Positions 59,416 to 64,000 of a stretch of DNA of 64,000 nt are shown here, in pieces. Under the pieces are notes generated by a model. The model made no database searches, was not told the DNA's origin, and was given only the letters and a program-made list of their open reading frames with translations. Each line of letters starts with the position of its first letter. Position 1 is the first letter of the stretch. Origin of the DNA: Macrostomum hystrix (Eukaryota > Animalia > Platyhelminthes); the NCBI GenBank assembly GCA_950097015.1, contig CATNEN010000005.1, positions 3,782,001 through 3,846,000 of the forward strand, in the 5' to 3' direction. A program made the translations under genes and the position numbers.

Positions 59416-60779
59416 AAGAATCCGAGGAATCGAGAAGAGAGCAAAGCACTCAGACACATTAATTGATATCACATTGTTTAGCGGCTTGTAACTTTTTACG
59501 TAAAAAACTATTCATCAAATACTACTTTAAATAGATCTGCTATTTAAATTAAATTATCTATATTGTAGTGTGCAAACCCTGACTGACACTCCTACTTATC
59601 CTAATAATCTAAAAAATGCCGGTAACGTTCACTGATCCGAACGGTTTATTGGTGTGCTATTGCAGCTTTCTTTGCAATCATGTACACTATTCAAGATGAG
59701 ATTAAGAGATTAGGAGATTAATCCTAAAAAACCTTTTACTTATTTTTTTAACTGAAAAAACATTTACGAAATAGACGTATGAATGTATGCGTCAAAATCT
59801 ATTTGTATGATCAAATTGTGCGTTTCTGAACTCATTTTACTAGCAGTTATTAAAATGAATGCATTTTCTTCCCTTTCCAAGTAAGACAAAAATACTTTCA
59901 TATTTGAGCAGTTCAAGCTACCTGCATGTTTTATAAACTGGTGCCAACGTGGCAAGATCAAACAGAGTGTGTGTTAGAAGTGTTGAACGCAACACCGGAA
60001 AAAATCAAACGCTATTAGAAAATTAGAAAATTCATTTCGGGATAGTATAGGAAACTTAAACCAGCGTAGAACCTACCAATATGTACTTTGTACGTTGTTT
60101 GTACTTTTGTCGCAGTAGAATGAGTCTTAAACACCCGTGGTAAAAATTGAACCAGTCTATGGTCAAAAGTTGTTCCAAATGTGTTAGTCCACGAAGTTTA
60201 AGATTTAACAGCATCTACGTCCTATGCAAAATAATGAACATCTCAGCGTTTTTCTTTATAACAATCATTCTATCGCTTGGTATGTATTGAAATGCACATG
60301 TATGATTTTGAACAGTATTTTGTCTAACTGGAATCTATAACAACAAAATATGTTCCTTTTTAAACTCCCAACGGCTTCTAGAAGCAGGCGGTATTGACGC
60401 CTGCTCAAGGAGGTGTCGCGAAGTTGGCGTTGAATGCGAAAAAGACGAAGATTGTTGCGAAAAAAAATGCGAAAGATATTCGGCGAAGTGCTGCTCATAT
60501 GACTGCGATTTCATGGACTGCAGCGTAGGAAAGTGCATCAAGCCATGACTGTTCGTTTTCGAGACAGTTTTTTGTAATAGCTCACAATGTTGTGCAACGC
60601 AATCTAAAACAATTAGATGATTCTTAAATAAACGCAACTTTAAATCAATTATTAAAAAATGAACACATCGTTTCTTCTTTTGTAGTTGAAGGCTTTGAAT
60701 TTAGGATACATTCAAGGGTTTTTGTCGATTTATAATGCGTTAGGTACTTTGGGTAGGGGGTGGTACTTCAGATTGAGTT

Positions 60780-61325
60780 GGGTGGGTTTGGAGAGAGTTG
60801 GGTAGGTTCAGATGGAGCTGGGTAGGTTTAGATGGAGTTGGGCGGGTTTAGAGAGAGTTGGGTAGGTTCAGATGAAGCTAGGTAGGTTTAGAGGGAGTTG
60901 GATGGGTTTAGAGAAAGTTGGTTAGGTTCAGATGGAGTTGGGTGGGTTCAGGAAGAGTTGGGTAGGTTTAGAATGAGCTGGGTAGGTTTAGAGGCAGTTG
61001 GGTGGGTTTAGAGAGAGTTGGGTAGGTTCAGATGGATCTGATGGAGTTGAGTAGGTTCAGATGGAGCTGATGGAGTTGAGTAGGTTCAGATGGAGCTGAT
61101 GGAGTTGAGTAGGTTCAGATGGAACTGATGGATTTGAGTAGGTTCAGATGGAGCTGATGGAGTTGAGTAGGTTCAGATGGAACTGATGGATTTGAGTAGG
61201 TTCAGATGGAGCTGATGGAGTTGAGTAGGTTCAGATGGAGCTGATGGAGTTGAGTAGGTTCAGATGGAGCTAATGGAGTTGAGTAGGTTCAGATGGAGTT
61301 GGGTGGGTTTAGAGAAAGAGTTGAG
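60780..61325. repeat. G-rich minisatellite (GATGGAGTTGAGTAGGTTCA / GATGGAGCT)
   Basis: Directly visible. Confidence 0.92.
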
Positions 61326-61696
61326 TAGGCTCAGGGAGTGTTGGTTGGGCATAGACAAATATGCATATACATGTTGGTTGGGTAGATTGTGGAAGTGGTA
61401 ATCGTACTCAGACATTTTTGCTGGGTTTTAGGAGTAGTCGTCTATTTTTTAATATCTCCAAGACCATTCAGTACCATGCTTCATGGCTCAGTACAGAGGC
61501 TCTAAATTTAATTCTTCAATGAAAATGTAATTTTAATCTTATCAGATCTTTTCTATTCCTTATACTCTTAATTTTGTAGCTGAATTCTAGTTAAAGTATT
61601 TAAAACGGGCTCCAGTTGTGATCACTGTTTATTGTATGAAGCCCTTTTTCGTTGCCTCGTACAGTGTTTATTTGCTATCTAGGCTAGTACCAAAAA

Positions 61697-63235
61697 ATGC
61701 TTCCAACGCAGCAGCAGCTGCACCTGCAAAGGCTTGACAAGAGTAATACTAGCTACTTATTGCAGCGTCGGATGGCTGGCAGCAATCGTGAGCACGGCGA
61801 CTTCTCAGGCGGGTGAGTCATGGGATCCTGTGTTTGTTTTAGTTGTCTTTTCATTGGCACAAGCTATCATCTCGAACAGATGGGCTTCCTACTACACTAG
61901 CCATTCGATAGTTATGCACGATCCTCTCGAACAGTTCAGCATTATTATCACCGTTTAATGTAGTTTAACACGACAATTTCAAATAGATTATCTTCACTTC
62001 CTGTCGTTACTAAATTTCTATTTCAATAATACAGCCACGAGCGCCCAACATCAGAGGCAGAAGCTGCGTTCGTCAGCAACATCAAAAGCGCCGCCCGCAG
62101 AAGCGTTGTGCAGCCGGCATACCAGCTTTCGAGTGTGCCGTCCAAATGCGGACACTGCGGCGAAGCATTTCAGCTAGCCCAGCGGATGCTGCGGACTGGA
62201 AGCGGCGAGGACGAAGCTTGGCACGAGTGGTGTTTGCGGTGAGTACTGAGTTAGGGAGAGTGGGGGAGTGATGGGAAACCTTGTAATAAAAATATGAGCT
62301 AATTTTTTTGGCATGCTTGGTGCCTCAAATCCATTAAACTGCGATTCGCTGTTAAATGAAATAATTAATTTTTGTGGACTGGTTCATAGCGGCACCACAA
62401 TATATTTAAACTGAGGCCGCACCTGCATGAATTCACGCCTGGGAATCCGCTGAAGAAATTTATTTCTTCGTCGCAGTTGGTTTCTAGGATTAAAAAAGCT
62501 TTTCTTGCACTAGCAGCTAGCCTGTGTTGCGCAAATTATATTAATAATTGCGTACAAACTTTCAAAGTAAAACTAAAGTAACAGCAAGGAACTATATAGC
62601 CTTCTTGGCATTAGTTGCCATGGCAACATAATCCTCTGCTTTTTGCAAACGGTGCCTCTCTCTTCCCTAACTGTCTTATGTGGCCAGAGAGCTCAATGTG
62701 ATACGGGCGGCGCTCCTCGCGGGTTGGACGCCTTGAACACAACTATTAACGAATGGCAAGCAAACCTGAACGAAGGAAAGAGAGGGGGGAGAGAGCCTGT
62801 TTGCACACGAATATAACGGAACACTGATGCATTTTCATGCATTATTACTTAGAACTAAAAAAAGCCTGTCTTCACTGAGCACCGACAATGCTGTCAGTAA
62901 CGTATAGTCTGGTGACAACTATTCAGTGTAATGATTCTGAAGCTATGCGTTCGATTGATCCAGCCGGCAATGTTGGCGAGGACGATAAGACGAAGATAGT
63001 CGCTGCAACAGCTGAAGTTTTGGCAACGCCAAAACGGTTTAAATCGGCAGGTCGATTTTTGCCACGATCGGAAACGCACCCGTTGAGGGAGCGGCACTGC
63101 AGAGTGTGCCGAGCCGTGTCGCAGGGGTCATTAGCGACTCTGCACTGCAGACAGTGCGAGAAAGCTCTGGACTCGACTTCAGCTGCCGGGGCAGTCAGCC
63201 ATTCTGACGGTGTTTGGCATCGGGGCTGCTTTGTG
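61697..63235 (+). CDS. Partial gene with LIM-like Cys/His zinc-binding motifs; exon 3 boundary and downstream exons uncertain
   Basis: Exons 61697-61812 and 62035-62238 are phase-consistent (CGHCGEAF...WHEWCLR). A further exon ends at 63235 (CRVC...CRQCEKALDST...WHRGCF|gtgagt). Confidence 0.55.
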
Positions 63236-63409
63236 TGAGTGCTCTGAGCCTAGGAGTTGCTCTAGACAGTCCTGTAAAAGTACACGCACTTCTAACCCCA
63301 ATTCCGTGTCCCTCGTCACAGCGGCAACTGACAGCCACTTTTTTGGAGACCACGCAGTGGTCAGATAAACCCGTCAGCCATTCCCGTCTGTTCAAGTGTC
63401 ACTCGAGAC

Positions 63410-64000
63410 AGTAGGAGGGGGCGAGGGACAGTAGGAAGGGTGAGGGACAGTAGGAAGGGTGAGGGACAGTAGGAAGGGTGAGGGACAGTAGGAAGGTTGA
63501 GGGACAGTAGGAAGGGTGAGGGACAGTAGGAAGGGTGAGGGACAGTAGGAAGGGTGAGGGACAGTAGGAAGGGTGAGGGACAGTAGGAAGGGTGAGGGAC
63601 AGTAGGAAAAGCGAGGGACAGTACGAAGGGCGAGGGACAGTAGGAAGGGGTATGAGACAGTAGGAAGGGGCGAGGGACAGTAGGAAGGGGCGATGGACAG
63701 TAGGAAGGGTGAGGGACAGTAGGAAGGGTGAGGGACAGTAGGAAGGGTGAGGGACAGTAGGAAGGTTGAGGGACAGTAGGAAGGGTGAGGGACAGTAGGA
63801 GGGGGCGAGGGACAGTAGGAAGGGCGAGGGACAGTAGGAAGGGTGAGGGACAGTAGGAAGGGGTATGAGACAGTAGGAAGGGCGAGGGAAAGTACGAAGG
63901 GCGAGGGACAGTAGGAAGGGGCGAGGGACAGTAGGAAGGGGCGATGGACAGTAGGAAGGGTGAGGGACAGTAGGAAGGGTGAGGGACAGTAGGAAGGGTG
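63410..64000. repeat. 19-20-bp purine-rich minisatellite (GAGGGACAGTAGGAAGGGT), running off the window end
   Basis: Directly visible. Confidence 0.97.

Noticed and set aside
60265-60637. Possible hAT/GTF2IRD2-like fragment (LMHFPTL)
   Set aside because: Only a five-residue resemblance, and the spacing to neighbouring motifs does not fit.

Overview
Eukaryotic (metazoan) genomic DNA with GC-rich exons, GT-AG introns, polyQ-rich proteins and introns packed with gene-specific minisatellites. This style suggests a free-living flatworm such as Macrostomum (inference, not verified). Splice-phase-consistent gene models could be rebuilt for: VPS53 (5' five exons, minus); an NHL-repeat protein; a secreted PAN + ALK/LTK-type glycine-rich protein; a 9-exon hAT-like transposase; sepiapterin reductase; a nicotinic acetylcholine receptor alpha-type subunit; a C2H2/polyQ protein with a GC-AG intron; a claudin/PMP22-family protein; and the start of a LIM-like gene. 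Mobile DNA includes a decayed DD34D mariner with a nested MITE, an internally deleted Gypsy element with both LTRs and a TSD, a CCC-ended MITE, two tRNA-derived SINE families (one CORE-like), and decayed PWWP and BEN ORFs inside a VPS53 intron. The most unusual signals are (i) reverse-complementary minisatellite arrays placed at opposite intron ends or flanking exon blocks, (ii) an array of about 70 double E-box units just upstream of the nAChR gene, and (iii) an intron-rich transposase gene with no recognisable TIRs and near-uniform ~100-nt introns. No CRISPR array, rRNA or true tRNA gene was found. All coordinates were read by hand; repeat boundaries are approximate.
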